Shown here in pieces: positions 12,674 to 22,934 of a stretch of 64,000 nucleotides of DNA. The position numbers and the translations under genes were made by a program. Source of the stretch: Nitrososphaeria archaeon (GTDB lineage: Archaea > Thermoproteota > Nitrososphaeria > JACIWG01); NCBI GenBank assembly GCA_963752255.1, contig CAVVXT010000002.1:1-64000 (forward strand). The letters are read 5' to 3'. How positions within the stretch are numbered: the stretch's first letter is position 1; each line of letters opens with the position of its first letter. A model generated the notes under the pieces. It was not told the origin of the DNA, did no database searches, and saw only the letters and a list, made by a program, of their open reading frames with translations.

Positions 12674-13387
12674 TTATTTACCTCCTCCTGTTTGCTCTAT
12701 GATAATTCGACAGTCAACAGCACAGACATGGTCAGGATACACGATTACTGGGTTAAGATCCAATTGGCTTATGTTGTTATGGTTTATCATTAGATCAGAA
12801 ACCTTGACCAACACGTTGACTATCGAATCCAAATTCACGGGAGGTTTCCCCCTAAAGCCTTCCAGTATCTTCACACCCTTCAGTTCTTGAATAAGGTTTA
12901 AAGCATCCACCCTGTCTATAGGAGCCACACGGAACGCAACATCATCGTACACTTCAGTAAAAATCCCCCCCATCCCAAACATGACAGCGGGTCCAAATTG
13001 ACTGTCTCTTATACCTCCGATAATCACTTCCGTTGAAGGTGGCATCATTTCTTCAACTACGATTCCTTTAACTTCAATAGAAGGGCCTATTTTAACAACT
13101 TCAGCAACCATCTTCTCATAGTCTAATTTAAGTTCCTTTTCATTACTAACGTTCAGGACAACCCCTCCTACGTCAGATTTATGCAATATCTGAGGGGAGA
13201 TGACCTTCAAAACTACTGGAAATCCGATCTCTTTAGCCTTTGCAATCGCATCATCTACATCCGAAGTTACATAGAATTTGGGTGTAGGGATTTCGTGAAG
13301 ATTACATACCAATTCTGCTTCGTCTATAAGCAGGAAAGATCTTCCTTCGTTCAAAGCTTTCTGAATGATAGTTTCGCATTCTCTCAT
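12674..13387 (-). CDS. acdB: ADP-forming acyl-CoA synthetase beta subunit (ATP-grasp)
   Basis: GFPVVLKVISPQILHKSDVGGV, FGPAVMFGMGG, LDLNP. Confidence 0.92.
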   Translation of the reverse strand: MRECETIIQKALNEGRSFLLIDEAELVCNLHEIPTPKFYVTSDVDDAIAKAKEIGFPVVLKVISPQILHKSDVGGVVLNVSNEKELKLDYEKMVAEVVKIGPSIEVKGIVVEEMMPPSTEVIIGGIRDSQFGPAVMFGMGGIFTEVYDDVAFRVAPIDRVDALNLIQELKGVKILEGFRGKPPVNLDSIVNVLVKVSDLMINHNNISQLDLNPVIVYPDHVCAVDCRIIIEQTGGGK

Positions 13388-14165
13388 TCAAACCAGATTT
13401 CATATACTAACTTTTTGCAACCAATTAAACGTTTAGATGTAAGGGGAAACGGATTTCTTATAGCTGTCCCTCTAGTTGACATACCTTATAATCTATCAAA
13501 AATCAAACTTCTTTAACTTAGGGGAAGGGATAAATCCAATCTCACATATTTTTAGTTTCCTTATTTCATTTGCGATAACTTATTCTATCGAATTAAACAA
13601 TAGCCATAAGCAATTATAAGACAGCCTTTTTGAATGATAAAGATCGAGGAATTGATGCAGACTTGACACCATCCATTTCTTTTTGTTAAAGGAAAAAGAC
13701 CTTTAATCTTTTTCTAGCTCTTCATATACACTACTGCACTATTCCAAAGCTGATTGTAGCTTTTCCTTTTAGAGTTTAAACTTTTATACCCAAGTTACCA
13801 ACCATGTGCTATCCTGTTTCTTAGATTGTCCAACGTTGGGGGAGGTTCCTTCTTTGCGCCACATCTATTTCTTCTCTTGTGTTTACCCAGATCCTTTACG
13901 AATTTGCCGCACACATCACACACGGGCATTTGTTTCAAGCTTGGTTCCACGCGGAATTATAAAAAGCTATTCTAATATTGAGCATTTTTATCACCTTGTA
14001 CATTTTACTAGGCCTTTAAGTATCCCTTTCTCCACATTAATGGTTGTTCGTTTAGATTATTATTTAAACAATAGTCCCAGATGTGTAAGAGGTGGCCAAT
14101 CTACCTTTTTTAAGAAAAGGGTGTGCAATTAATCTGTTAGTTGCTTTTTTTTAATCCATACAAAA

Positions 14166-14444
14166 ATGTCTGAAATCCGTGGATTAATAGGGAAAGTGCT
14201 TGGTTCTTGGGCTTTTGCATGGATAATTACAACTATTGTTTATTACATCGTCATTTTAGCAACTGGCAATCTTGGAGATATTATTTCCTCCGCCATCATA
14301 GACAGATTTTTGGATTCGCTCAATTCATTATTAGCATTGATAGTTGGTTGGACAGTTGATCCTCTATCAATAGTTGTCCAAATTATAATTTGCGTAGTGA
14401 TAATGATCTACAACTTGATTAATCAATTAAGAAATCTCTACTAA
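14166..14444 (+). CDS. Hypothetical membrane protein
   Basis: ATG-started ORF with hydrophobic helices. Confidence 0.45.
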   Translation: MSEIRGLIGKVLGSWAFAWIITTIVYYIVILATGNLGDIISSAIIDRFLDSLNSLLALIVGWTVDPLSIVVQIIICVVIMIYNLINQLRNLY

Positions 14445-14525
14445 TAGAGAAGTCCCATTATATTTGAATTCCATTTAGAATAGATTTTGATTTAATCTTC
14501 TATTCTGGTTTTTCTACTTTATGCC

Positions 14526-14858
14526 TTATAGACACAATTTTTTCAATTCGTTGTTGATTTTGCTGAGTTCATTATATGTATCTTTTATATTGATTACTGA
14601 TTTTCTTTGAATGTATTTTCCAGATACTACTAGAGCACATCCAGGTATATCTGATACGATTGGAGCTGGGAATGCTAATAATGCAAAACCAAGAGCGACC
14701 ATTTTCTTACCAGCGTTTTTTGCTTGAATGACATTATGCACTTTCGGTCTTATAGAGCTCAAGTTAATGTTGTTACTAGATTTTTTTATAAAGGAATGAT
14801 ATTCAGCATATTCTGCAGAAGCTTTCTTTATAAAATCTATTTTATTCGATTTATCCAT
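14526..14858 (-). CDS. Hypothetical protein
   Basis: 110-aa ORF with GGTG-type RBS; hydrophobic segment ALLAFPAPIVSDIPGCAL. Confidence 0.5.
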   Translation of the reverse strand: MDKSNKIDFIKKASAEYAEYHSFIKKSSNNINLSSIRPKVHNVIQAKNAGKKMVALGFALLAFPAPIVSDIPGCALVVSGKYIQRKSVINIKDTYNELSKINNELKKLCL

Positions 14859-15105
14859 TCCACCGTTTGATTATCTTATTGCAATTAAATTATTAAAGAT
14901 ACTAAAAATAAGGTTTGGTGTCAAAAAAACTTAACAAGAATCGAGTAACAATATTAACTTCACACAGATTAGATGTCGGATTCAGGCCAACTCATTTCAT
15001 CGTAAAGGATTTTTTAACCATGAAATAGAATTACCGATGTTATTAGTTAAGCCTTACTCATTATTTATCTATCAAACCTTAAGTAGTTCCCATCTTTTAA
15101 TATAA

Positions 15106-15987
15106 ATGATGCCAGATTCTTTTGAAGTATTGACAGAATTTAGGGCAGAGCTCGGAGAAGGACCAAGCTGGGAAAGCAGAAGCAGCCTACTTTACTGGGT
15201 TGACATTCTTAGAGGAGATGTGCACATGTTCCAGCCCGATAATGGTAAAGACGCCTTCATCCATTTAGGCGGCTACGTGAGCTCGATTGTCCCAAAGAAG
15301 TCCGGTCGTGTGCTGATCACGCTACAGCACGGATTTTACGCGTTGAACCCTAAGACGCACAGCGTTAAGCTCATGTGCGAAGTTGAGAAAGACTTGGCCA
15401 GTAACAGGTTCAACGACGGCAAGTGTGACACCTATGGCAGGTATTGGGCTGGAACTATGAGCTTGGACGGTTCTAAGTCGAAGGGGGCGCTCTACTTCCT
15501 ATCAAGAGACAATACAGTAACTAAGGTGCTGTCTGGTGTAAGCATTTCAAATGGACTAGGCTGGAGTCCGGACAACAAGGTCATGTATTATATCGATACG
15601 CCAACGCGCCGGGTTGTATCCTTCGACTTCATCCTTGAAACCGGTGAAATTGAAAATCAGAGAACTGTAGTGGACTTCACGGATCAGCAGGGTTCGCCGG
15701 ATGGGATGGCTGTAGACAAGGAGGGCATGTTATGGGTTGCGCACTGGGGAGGCTCAAGGGTTTCAAGATGGAACCCGTTGACAGGTAGGGCGTTGGACCA
15801 GATAGTTCTACCAACAATGTACGTAAGTTCATGCTGCTTCGGGGGTAAAAACCTTGATGAGCTGTACATAACGACAGCGAGAAGAGGTTCGGACCAGCAA
15901 ACCCCTTCGGAACAGCCTTACGCGGGAGCCTTATTTAGGGCGAAGGTCGAAGTAGGAGGCTTACCCACCTGCTCTTTTGACGGATAA
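15106..15987 (+). CDS. SMP-30/gluconolactonase/LRE family protein
   Basis: LGEGP.W, RFNDGKCD..GRYWAGT, SNGLGWSPD, PDGMAVD. Confidence 0.93.
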   Translation: MMPDSFEVLTEFRAELGEGPSWESRSSLLYWVDILRGDVHMFQPDNGKDAFIHLGGYVSSIVPKKSGRVLITLQHGFYALNPKTHSVKLMCEVEKDLASNRFNDGKCDTYGRYWAGTMSLDGSKSKGALYFLSRDNTVTKVLSGVSISNGLGWSPDNKVMYYIDTPTRRVVSFDFILETGEIENQRTVVDFTDQQGSPDGMAVDKEGMLWVAHWGGSRVSRWNPLTGRALDQIVLPTMYVSSCCFGGKNLDELYITTARRGSDQQTPSEQPYAGALFRAKVEVGGLPTCSFDG

Positions 15988-16505
15988 CGTTTTATTTTTA
16001 TTTCGTGCTACGGAGTTTCCCAAGTTCACGTGCGTCAATAATCAGTGAAATCTCGAACATGCAGATGTCTGTCCATGGGTCTATGTTTTTAACCATCTGC
16101 TCAATGCTATCACTTTCTGTAATGGTGAAAGCTGAGTGTTGTCCTAATACAGTGTGAACTGGGAAAAGGAAGTGTCCAATCCTTGAGCCTGGAAGTTACA
16201 AACCAATTGAGTGAGTATGGGATTGTTATCTAATGTTATGTCTCCTTAGTATAAAGAACATGTGATTGTGGATATAACAACTTGTAAATATAACCTATGA
16301 TCGTAAGGAAAAATAAGTAAGAACATTAATCAAATGAGAATTTAGTGCACAAATCAATTTCAAGTTAATATCCCAAGATTCCAAACCTAATCGAGAAATC
16401 GTTTCTAAATATCTATAGATAATAGAGCTTTAGCGAGTTTCTTTTTATTTTATATTGCCTCCCAACTGTCGTTGATTTTTACTGAATCTCAAGGGTTTGG
16501 ATTTG

Positions 16506-17038
16506 TTATTTTGCAGACACTACTGCCCATTTTTGGAGGAAACCACCTCTTCGCCTGACTCTAAACTCTTCAAGTATTTTCTCCCACTCTACTCGGTTCA
16601 CAAAACCAAGAGGAGGAGGGGAACCTAGGCTGAGGTATGCCTGTCCATTTGGCTTGAGGATACGTTTTATTTCGTTCACAGCTGACCGTCTATGCTCTGG
16701 CATGGAACACAAAAGTCCATTAGCGAGAACGAAGTCAACCGACCCGTCTTTTATGAAGCTTAAATCGGCGGTAGATGAAGCATGCGCTTCTATGTTGCGA
16801 TAACCACTTTTAGCCGCCTTTTCTTCTAATGAGCGGATATCATTTTCATTTAAATCAACTGCATAGATCCGCCCTTCAGGACCTACACATTCAGCTAAAG
16901 CGAGCGTATAGTAACCTGTGTCACAGCCAAGGTCAGCAACCACCTGACCCTTTGTGACGTAGGGTTCAATGTGTTTTTGAGGGTTCCCAAAGAGCCTTCT
17001 GATTGGGTTCAGATTTATTTGGTTTTTAGGCTGCTCAT
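16506..17038 (-). pseudogene. Class I SAM-dependent methyltransferase, damaged
   Basis: Motif I reads DLGCDTG (a conserved Gly replaced by Asp). The 5' part is out of frame with the ATG at 17038. Confidence 0.7.
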
Positions 17039-17469
17039 CTTCCTTAATTTTATGTTTTTCTTTGCTCGTAGCTATTACCTAAACCTACTTGATTTTCTGA
17101 TTTATATGTGCTTTACGGATACAGCAAAAACTTGGGATTTTTCATCCAGCCACTACTATTTTTGATACGCAACAGAGAAAATACGCCATTTTTCTAGCAT
17201 AAAAAGTTGGAAAATGACTGTAATGGAATAAAAGACGATAAAGTTCCGAGACGTGTAAAAAGAGCTTCAACCCATAAGTTTAATATAGCATACTTTTCTT
17301 AATAGGGCTCTTGAAAAGCTGTAGATTATTTATGAGAAGAGTTAAATGTTTGACAGTAACTATTACTCCCGAAGGCTGATGTTCCATAAAAAGCATTCAA
17401 AGCTCTTCCGGATTATGCCGTTTGGCTCTGTTAAGTCTTTCTTTTTTATTGAAACCTTTGGAATTACTT

Positions 17470-17705
17470 CAAACTTCCATATTGGTCATGTCCGTTCGTT
17501 GTAATCAGGATTACTATAGCTCATTTCCCATTATGGAAGTCTGAAGGTCTCAGATAGATGAATGGCAACCCCAACTCTTTGGCGAGTGCCTTAGCAGTCC
17601 AAGTTTTATTGGCAGAACCGAGTTGAAGAGTATATTTGCTAGGAAGAGAAAGATTCCATCAGCTCAGCTCTGTTTCCACAACCTGGGAAGCCGTATAGCA
17701 CAATA
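17470..17705 (-). pseudogene. AAA+ ATPase fragment (copy 1) with intron in Walker A
   Basis: VLYGFPGCG [67-nt insert] KTWTAKALAKELGLPFIYLRPSDF, followed by a sensor-1-like IVILITTN. Confidence 0.8.
17607..17673 (-). ncRNA. Putative bulge-helix-bulge (BHB) pre-mRNA intron, 67 nt, copy 1
   Basis: Exon stem CCAGGUU/AACUUGG, central helix GUGG/CCAA (one G.A), 3-nt bulges AAA and UAA, intron stem CAGAGCUGAG/CUCGGUUCUG. Cutting after bulge nucleotide 2 gives GGA AAA ACT. Confidence 0.75.
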
Positions 17706-17744
17706 AAGCCTATGTTAGCCCATGTAACCAAATGATTCAGAAAA

Positions 17745-18689
17745 CTAGTGTTGTTCATTTCTCAAACCCTCTTTAGTACGAACCTGACTTGCCGGAGCCT
17801 GTATTTTCTGATTTTCATCCAAGAATTTTTTAATCCTTTCCACAATTTTGACAAATGCCTTCGTTGCAGGAGAACCCTCTCGTTCTGTTATGAAAGGCTT
17901 TCCTCTATCTGAGCTAGAACATATTTCAGGGTCGATTGGAATTGACCCTAGAAATGGAATTGACAGGTCTGACGCTATTTTCTGTCCACCCCCAACTTCA
18001 AAGATGTTGGTCTCTGCTCCACATTTAGGGCAGATGAAACCGCTCATGTTTTCAATTATGCCAATTATAGGAACACCTAACTGTTTCGCAAATGTTACAG
18101 CCTTCTTGACCACAATTTGCGAGACTTCAGAGGGTATTGTAACTATTATTACCCCATCCATGTCAGGGATAAGCTGCATGACGGTCAGTGGCTCGTCACC
18201 GGTTCCAGGTGGAAGGTCTATGAAGAGAAATTCAAGCTTTCCCCATATCACGTCAGATAGAAACTGTTGAATAACTCCCATCTTTAGGGGGCCACGCCAG
18301 ACTACAGGCTCTTCATCGTTGGGAAGCAGGAAGTCCATAGACACAACTTTGATGCCATAAGGGGCATCTACAGGAAATATTCCTATAGGATTACCAATAA
18401 GCCTTTGTCCATGTATTCCCAGCATTTTTGGCACGCATGGACCATGGATGTCAGCGTCCAGAACACCGATTTGATTGATGTAATCATGCATTGCAAAAGC
18501 CATCGCCAGATTCACTGTAACTGTGCTCTTGCCTACACCTCCCTTGCCGCTTATGATGGCGATCTTATGTCTAATCAGGGACATATTTTCTCTAAGCATT
18601 TTCTGCTCAAGGTAATGATCCTTTTGTGGGTCAGAACAACTTTCTATTTTGGAACAGGATTCACATCTTCCGTCGCATTCGTTGGCCAT
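17745..18689 (-). CDS. mrp: Mrp/NBP35 Fe-S cluster carrier ATPase
   Basis: N-terminal Cys cluster; SGKGGVGKS, DADIHGP, DLPPGTGD, ENMSGFICPKC. Confidence 0.93.
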   Translation of the reverse strand: MANECDGRCESCSKIESCSDPQKDHYLEQKMLRENMSLIRHKIAIISGKGGVGKSTVTVNLAMAFAMHDYINQIGVLDADIHGPCVPKMLGIHGQRLIGNPIGIFPVDAPYGIKVVSMDFLLPNDEEPVVWRGPLKMGVIQQFLSDVIWGKLEFLFIDLPPGTGDEPLTVMQLIPDMDGVIIVTIPSEVSQIVVKKAVTFAKQLGVPIIGIIENMSGFICPKCGAETNIFEVGGGQKIASDLSIPFLGSIPIDPEICSSSDRGKPFITEREGSPATKAFVKIVERIKKFLDENQKIQAPASQVRTKEGLRNEQH

Positions 18690-18715
18690 TTCTAATTCCC
18701 ATCAGATTTAATTAG

Positions 18716-18752
18716 TAAACTATATTAATACTTTATGTTTAGAAAATAAACA
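18716..18752. promoter_or_regulatory. Divergent promoter with palindrome GTTTA-N5-TAAAC; duplicated at 20932-20968
   Basis: The same 37-bp block (one mismatch) precedes both mrp and osmC. Confidence 0.6.
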
Positions 18753-18768
18753 ATCTTGGTGTTGGGCT

Positions 18769-19338
18769 TTGGATGAAATAGACAAAAAGATAGCGACGCA
18801 GCTTCAAAAGGATAGTCGGACAACCTTGGAGGAGTTAAGTAAGATAACAGGATTTTCAAGTATGGGTGTCAAGAAGAGAATCGATAAACTATTAAAAGAA
18901 GGAGCTGTCAAAGTTACTGCCTTACTCAATATTAATTCAATCGGACTTTGTGCAGCAATTGTTTTACTTGAAATGGAAAGTGCTGACGTTATGCGAAGCC
19001 TTCTTGAACGATTCAAAGACTGCCCTAGGGTAGTCTATATTTTTTCAACTTTGGGCGGATACAACCTTATCGCCTTGGTAGTGGCTGAAAACCAAGAGAC
19101 GCTTGAAAGCATATCTGTAGAGAAGTGTTCACTAAGAAGCGGTAGGGGAATACGCAGATCAGAATTTTATCCGATCGGAAATATTCATTTCTCTCCATTC
19201 CTACCAGTGAGGGAAGGTCTCGCACATAAAAGAGAAACTACTACACCATGCGATGTGAATTGTGAATCATGCATTCGATATAAACTACAGAAATGTGTCG
19301 CCTGTCCGGCAACATGTTACTATCGAGGAACGCTCTAG
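18769..19338 (+). CDS. Lrp/AsnC regulator with C-terminal Cys-rich domain
   Basis: DEIDKKI..LQKDSRTTLEELSK HTH, RAM domain, tail PCDVNCESC....KCVACP. Confidence 0.88.
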   Translation: MDEIDKKIATQLQKDSRTTLEELSKITGFSSMGVKKRIDKLLKEGAVKVTALLNINSIGLCAAIVLLEMESADVMRSLLERFKDCPRVVYIFSTLGGYNLIALVVAENQETLESISVEKCSLRSGRGIRRSEFYPIGNIHFSPFLPVREGLAHKRETTTPCDVNCESCIRYKLQKCVACPATCYYRGTL

Positions 19339-19581
19339 CAACATTGTCGTATAAGAGAACTTTTCGGTTTGGCTTGGATCAGAGTTAGAAATAATGCAAA
19401 TGTGACTAAAGATCTTACGATTATTGCAGTTGGCCATTATCGTTTCATTATTACGGAAACCCTCCTCCTGTTCTTTTTGATAAAGATTGTTCTACTTATA
19501 GACGGTTCTACTGAACCAAGAATATATATTATAACGAAAGTTTGACAATATTTATTTCTAACTCAATGCAAAGTGTAGAGA

Positions 19582-20154
19582 ATGTACTCTAAACAAATGG
19601 ATAGACTACGCAGGATATGGGAAAATCCAGAGAAGATTCTATTACAGATAGGGTTAAACACAGGTATGACCTTTGTTGATGTCGGATGTGGCTCCGGTTT
19701 CTTTTCAATCCCAGCAGCTGAAATCGTAGGCCCATCAGGTAGAGTCATCAGCGTAGACATTAACTCTAAAGCTATAGCCTTACTCAACGCTTCAACAAAA
19801 GTAAAGGGGCTAAGAAATGTTGAAGCTATTGTAGGAAAAGCTGAAAATACAGTTCCATGTTCGGAATGTGGGGATATTGTATTCTTTGGAACGGTGCTTC
19901 ATGACTTTGAAGATCCAAAGCAGGTTTTATCTAATGCAAGAAAAATACTTAAACCAAATGGACTGTTGGTAGATCTGGACTGGAAAAAGGAGAGAGGGGT
20001 TATTGGACCACCTTTCTCGATCCGATTTGACAAGAACTTCGCAGCACATATGATTACTGAACAAGGCTTTGAAATTGTCTCGGTAAAGGATTTAAGTAGA
20101 TTTTACTATATAATTAAAGCCGCCTTAAAGAAGAATGGTAAATCAAAGACATAA
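19582..20154 (+). CDS. Class I SAM-dependent methyltransferase
   Basis: VDVGCGSGFF, VLHDF, LKPNG. Confidence 0.88.
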   Translation: MYSKQMDRLRRIWENPEKILLQIGLNTGMTFVDVGCGSGFFSIPAAEIVGPSGRVISVDINSKAIALLNASTKVKGLRNVEAIVGKAENTVPCSECGDIVFFGTVLHDFEDPKQVLSNARKILKPNGLLVDLDWKKERGVIGPPFSIRFDKNFAAHMITEQGFEIVSVKDLSRFYYIIKAALKKNGKSKT

Positions 20155-20165
20155 ATTTGTGAAAA

Positions 20166-20189
20166 TGCGGCGTCCGGGATTATAAACCC
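20166..20189 (-). other. Degenerate tRNA 3'-end fragment (tRNA-Gly-like), possible att scar
   Basis: Minus strand GGGTTTATAATCCCGGACGCCGCA resembles the T-arm/acceptor end GGGTTCAAATCCCGGCCGCCGCA. No 5' half is present. Confidence 0.4.
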
Positions 20190-20489
20190 TCCAGTTAAAT
20201 TCTTATCACATCATTACAATTACTATTTTGATAAGTCGCTTAGAGGTCGTGGAAGGGTTCCTCAGAATGTCCTAGGAAGACACTATATCGATTATAGCCC
20301 ACAAAGACTAAAGGAAATATATGAACCAACTAACTCACCCCATCCCACCTTCTTCTATATCCTCTGTCTCTTTCAACATTTCACTATTGTCGAAATACGC
20401 GTCTAACTGATCGCTACACCAAGCACTATCTTTTTACAAGATATCATCGATCTCTAGTTCGAGAAATCATCCTATTCGTATTCTTTGGA

Positions 20490-20915
20490 TTATTTAGAAA
20501 CGATTTCTAATTCGACTTTCAATGGTATCGGATCCTTGAATATGGACAACACCGGACAGTTAGCTTCAGTTCTTCTCCACGCGGCCTCCAGCAGCGCTTT
20601 GCTCGCCTTCGCTGAAACAGTGGTTTTTATGCTGACACCACTTAGCCTAGGTGAGTCAACGGGCTTTTCTGCTTCCGCTACTGTTTCCAGTTTGATCAAT
20701 TCAATATCACTCTTTTTGCAGACGTCAGCGAATATTGTGACAGCGCAGTCAGCGATGGCCATAATAGCTAACTCAACCGCTGTAGGGCCTGTGTCATCGC
20801 CTCCTGAGGCGGTTGAAAGATCGCATACAACGCTGTGTGCTCTAGAATTATCAACTATTGAACTAACATTTCCTGTCCATTTGGCTGTAGCCTTATACTT
20901 TGGCATGTTTATCAC
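20490..20915 (-). CDS. OsmC/Ohr family protein
   Basis: GGDDTGPTAVEL...ADC and NCPV (both Cys present). Confidence 0.85.
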   Translation of the reverse strand: MINMPKYKATAKWTGNVSSIVDNSRAHSVVCDLSTASGGDDTGPTAVELAIMAIADCAVTIFADVCKKSDIELIKLETVAEAEKPVDSPRLSGVSIKTTVSAKASKALLEAAWRRTEANCPVLSIFKDPIPLKVELEIVSK

Positions 20916-20996
20916 TTATGTTTATTATAAATAAACTATATTAATACTTTTTGTTTAGAAAATAAACAGATTTGGTGTGAGATCTTGGACGAGATT

Positions 20997-21141
20997 GATA
21001 AAAAAGACTTATTTAAATTTAATCTGAAATAAGTATCTGCCAATTCTTTGTTATTGAAAAGAACTGAAAAATTGGCTAGGATAATAATTAATGTTGAAAA
21101 AAGTTAGGTGATTTAAAATGGTAGGAAGCGTCCATAAGGCA
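20997..21141 (+). repeat. ~145-bp inverted repeat, left copy (partner 25244-25389)
   Basis: Near-identical reverse complement; contains an AT-rich promoter-like stretch, AGGTGA and ATG GTA GGA AGC GTC CAT AAG GCA. Confidence 0.9.
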
Positions 21142-21425
21142 TTATTATGCCAATATTCTTCTTTTGCTTGGTCATGTAAGTCATATTCATCCACGATTTA
21201 ATACTATTATTTAACATTTGTCAGCGAAGGACAACGGATTGCCCAAACACTGTAGTAGATTAATGAGATTTCTATTAACACTCTTCATTGTGACCGTTAT
21301 CTTTTCTTTTGTTCGTAACTTTCCCATGCTTTCTTTATATCCAATCTTTACAGGTTTACCCTCACGTTAAAGTTCCTCGACGGCTTGCCAGTCTGCGTCG
21401 AATCTATAGATTAAAGGTGGGCCGT

Positions 21426-22487
21426 CTATGATTCGACTTGACGGTAGAGAGTAATATTGCACTTTGGGCATTTCATGGATGAGCATGGGACACCTCTTTC
21501 ATGTCTGATTTTGTATCCACATTTAGGACAAACACAATATCCATCAGGTCCAAGGCTTTCTGCTCCTTCTGCTTTTTCCATCATTCTTCCTTTTCTTTGC
21601 CATCCATATCTTCTTCCAAAGACGCCTTTATAGTAACTTTCACTCACTTCATGTGAAGTTATGTGTATACTTATATAATCAAGATTTTTTATACCACCCA
21701 CTAATTTTTTTTCGATTTTTTTAGTTATATCAGAAGCCTCGTCAACTTTTAGATTTGCTGGGAGAACTATATCCAGTTGAGCAAATATCTTCGCTCCACG
21801 TTTCTGAGTCTTTAAATCCTCAATGGTTATTCCTTCTTTTATGATAATTTCTCTGATTCTGTTCTCAACTTCAGCACTGGCAGAGACGTCTAGTAGAGAG
21901 TCGGTCGCTTTTTTGCCTAAACTGAAAGATCCTTTTAGAATATAGAGACCTATAAAAGAAGCAGCTATAGAGTCGGTATAAGAGAAATATTGTGAACCTA
22001 TTACTCCGACTAAGACCACGATGGAGGTTAGCACATCAATTCTGCTGTGCATTCCATCTGTGATTAAACTTATGCTCTCATATTTTTTACCGTCTCTTGT
22101 TTTAAATCGGTACATTATCTCATTGGTTACCGCTGAGGCTATCATAATTCCTATTGAAAGGAAACCCACAATGACCTTTCCTTTTGGCAACAAGAATGAG
22201 GTTATAGAATTATAGATTATCCACGACGCTGTAATAAACAGAATGATTGTTATTATAAACCCTGATATGACTTCTGCTTTATAGTGACCGTAAGGGTGTT
22301 CTCTATCTGCTGGCTTTTCGCTTGCACGTATCCCAACAAGGTTTATTCCTGAAGAGAATACATCTACTCCGGAATGAAAGCCTTCAGCGATGATTGCTGA
22401 AGAGTTTGAGATGAATCCTACTATGAATTTCACTAGTGTCAACAGCAAATTCGTAATTAGGCCGATTGCCGGCATTCTGCTTTCCAA
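21426..22487 (-). CDS. Cation diffusion facilitator with C-terminal Cys-rich domain
   Basis: AEGFHSGVD, HPYGHYKAE, HSRID; tail GPDGYCVCPKCG..HERGVPC...KCPKC. Confidence 0.9.
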   Translation of the reverse strand: MESRMPAIGLITNLLLTLVKFIVGFISNSSAIIAEGFHSGVDVFSSGINLVGIRASEKPADREHPYGHYKAEVISGFIITIILFITASWIIYNSITSFLLPKGKVIVGFLSIGIMIASAVTNEIMYRFKTRDGKKYESISLITDGMHSRIDVLTSIVVLVGVIGSQYFSYTDSIAASFIGLYILKGSFSLGKKATDSLLDVSASAEVENRIREIIIKEGITIEDLKTQKRGAKIFAQLDIVLPANLKVDEASDITKKIEKKLVGGIKNLDYISIHITSHEVSESYYKGVFGRRYGWQRKGRMMEKAEGAESLGPDGYCVCPKCGYKIRHERGVPCSSMKCPKCNITLYRQVES

Positions 22488-22527
22488 GAAATCACATTAG
22501 ACGATGTTATCTTTTACAATATGGACT

Positions 22528-22923
22528 CTAATGTAACCTTTCTACTTGATTGTTTAGTGTTCCATTTATGTAAGCTTGTACTGCTCCGTCGGCATATATT
22601 ATATCAGTCAAAAAGGGTTTGATACCTGCATCTTTGATGGATTCGTATGCACCTGACCCCATTCCCCCTGCTATCAGCGCTTCACAGTCCATCACGTTAG
22701 AAAGCATAGAATTATGTAATGCAGTCTCTCCTATGCCATGGTTGTGGTCATGAGCTAAGCTGTCGTCATGATGACTTAAGCCTTCAAGATGTCGACCTGC
22801 CTTAGGCCTTGTTTCTATGCTCTGCACTTTTTTATCTTGTATATCATAGACCAGATAATACATAGCTCTTCCAAAATGTGAAGATATAGTCTTCTCGTCG
22901 TCTGTGACTACGGCTACCTTCAT
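22528..22923 (-). CDS. NifB/NifX (dinitrogenase FeMo-co-binding-like) family protein
   Basis: ISSHFGRA, His-rich loop, LIAGGMG.GA. Confidence 0.88.
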   Translation of the reverse strand: MKVAVVTDDEKTISSHFGRAMYYLVYDIQDKKVQSIETRPKAGRHLEGLSHHDDSLAHDHNHGIGETALHNSMLSNVMDCEALIAGGMGSGAYESIKDAGIKPFLTDIIYADGAVQAYINGTLNNQVERLH

Positions 22924-22934
22924 TAGATATTCAC

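Noticed and set aside
13500-14132. ORF 13806-14132 and adjacent decayed sequence
   Set aside because: No recognisable motifs and atypical composition; cannot support a call.
17607-17673. Intein at the Walker A site
   Set aside because: The insert is 67 nt, out of frame, contains a stop, and lacks the Cys...His-Asn ends.
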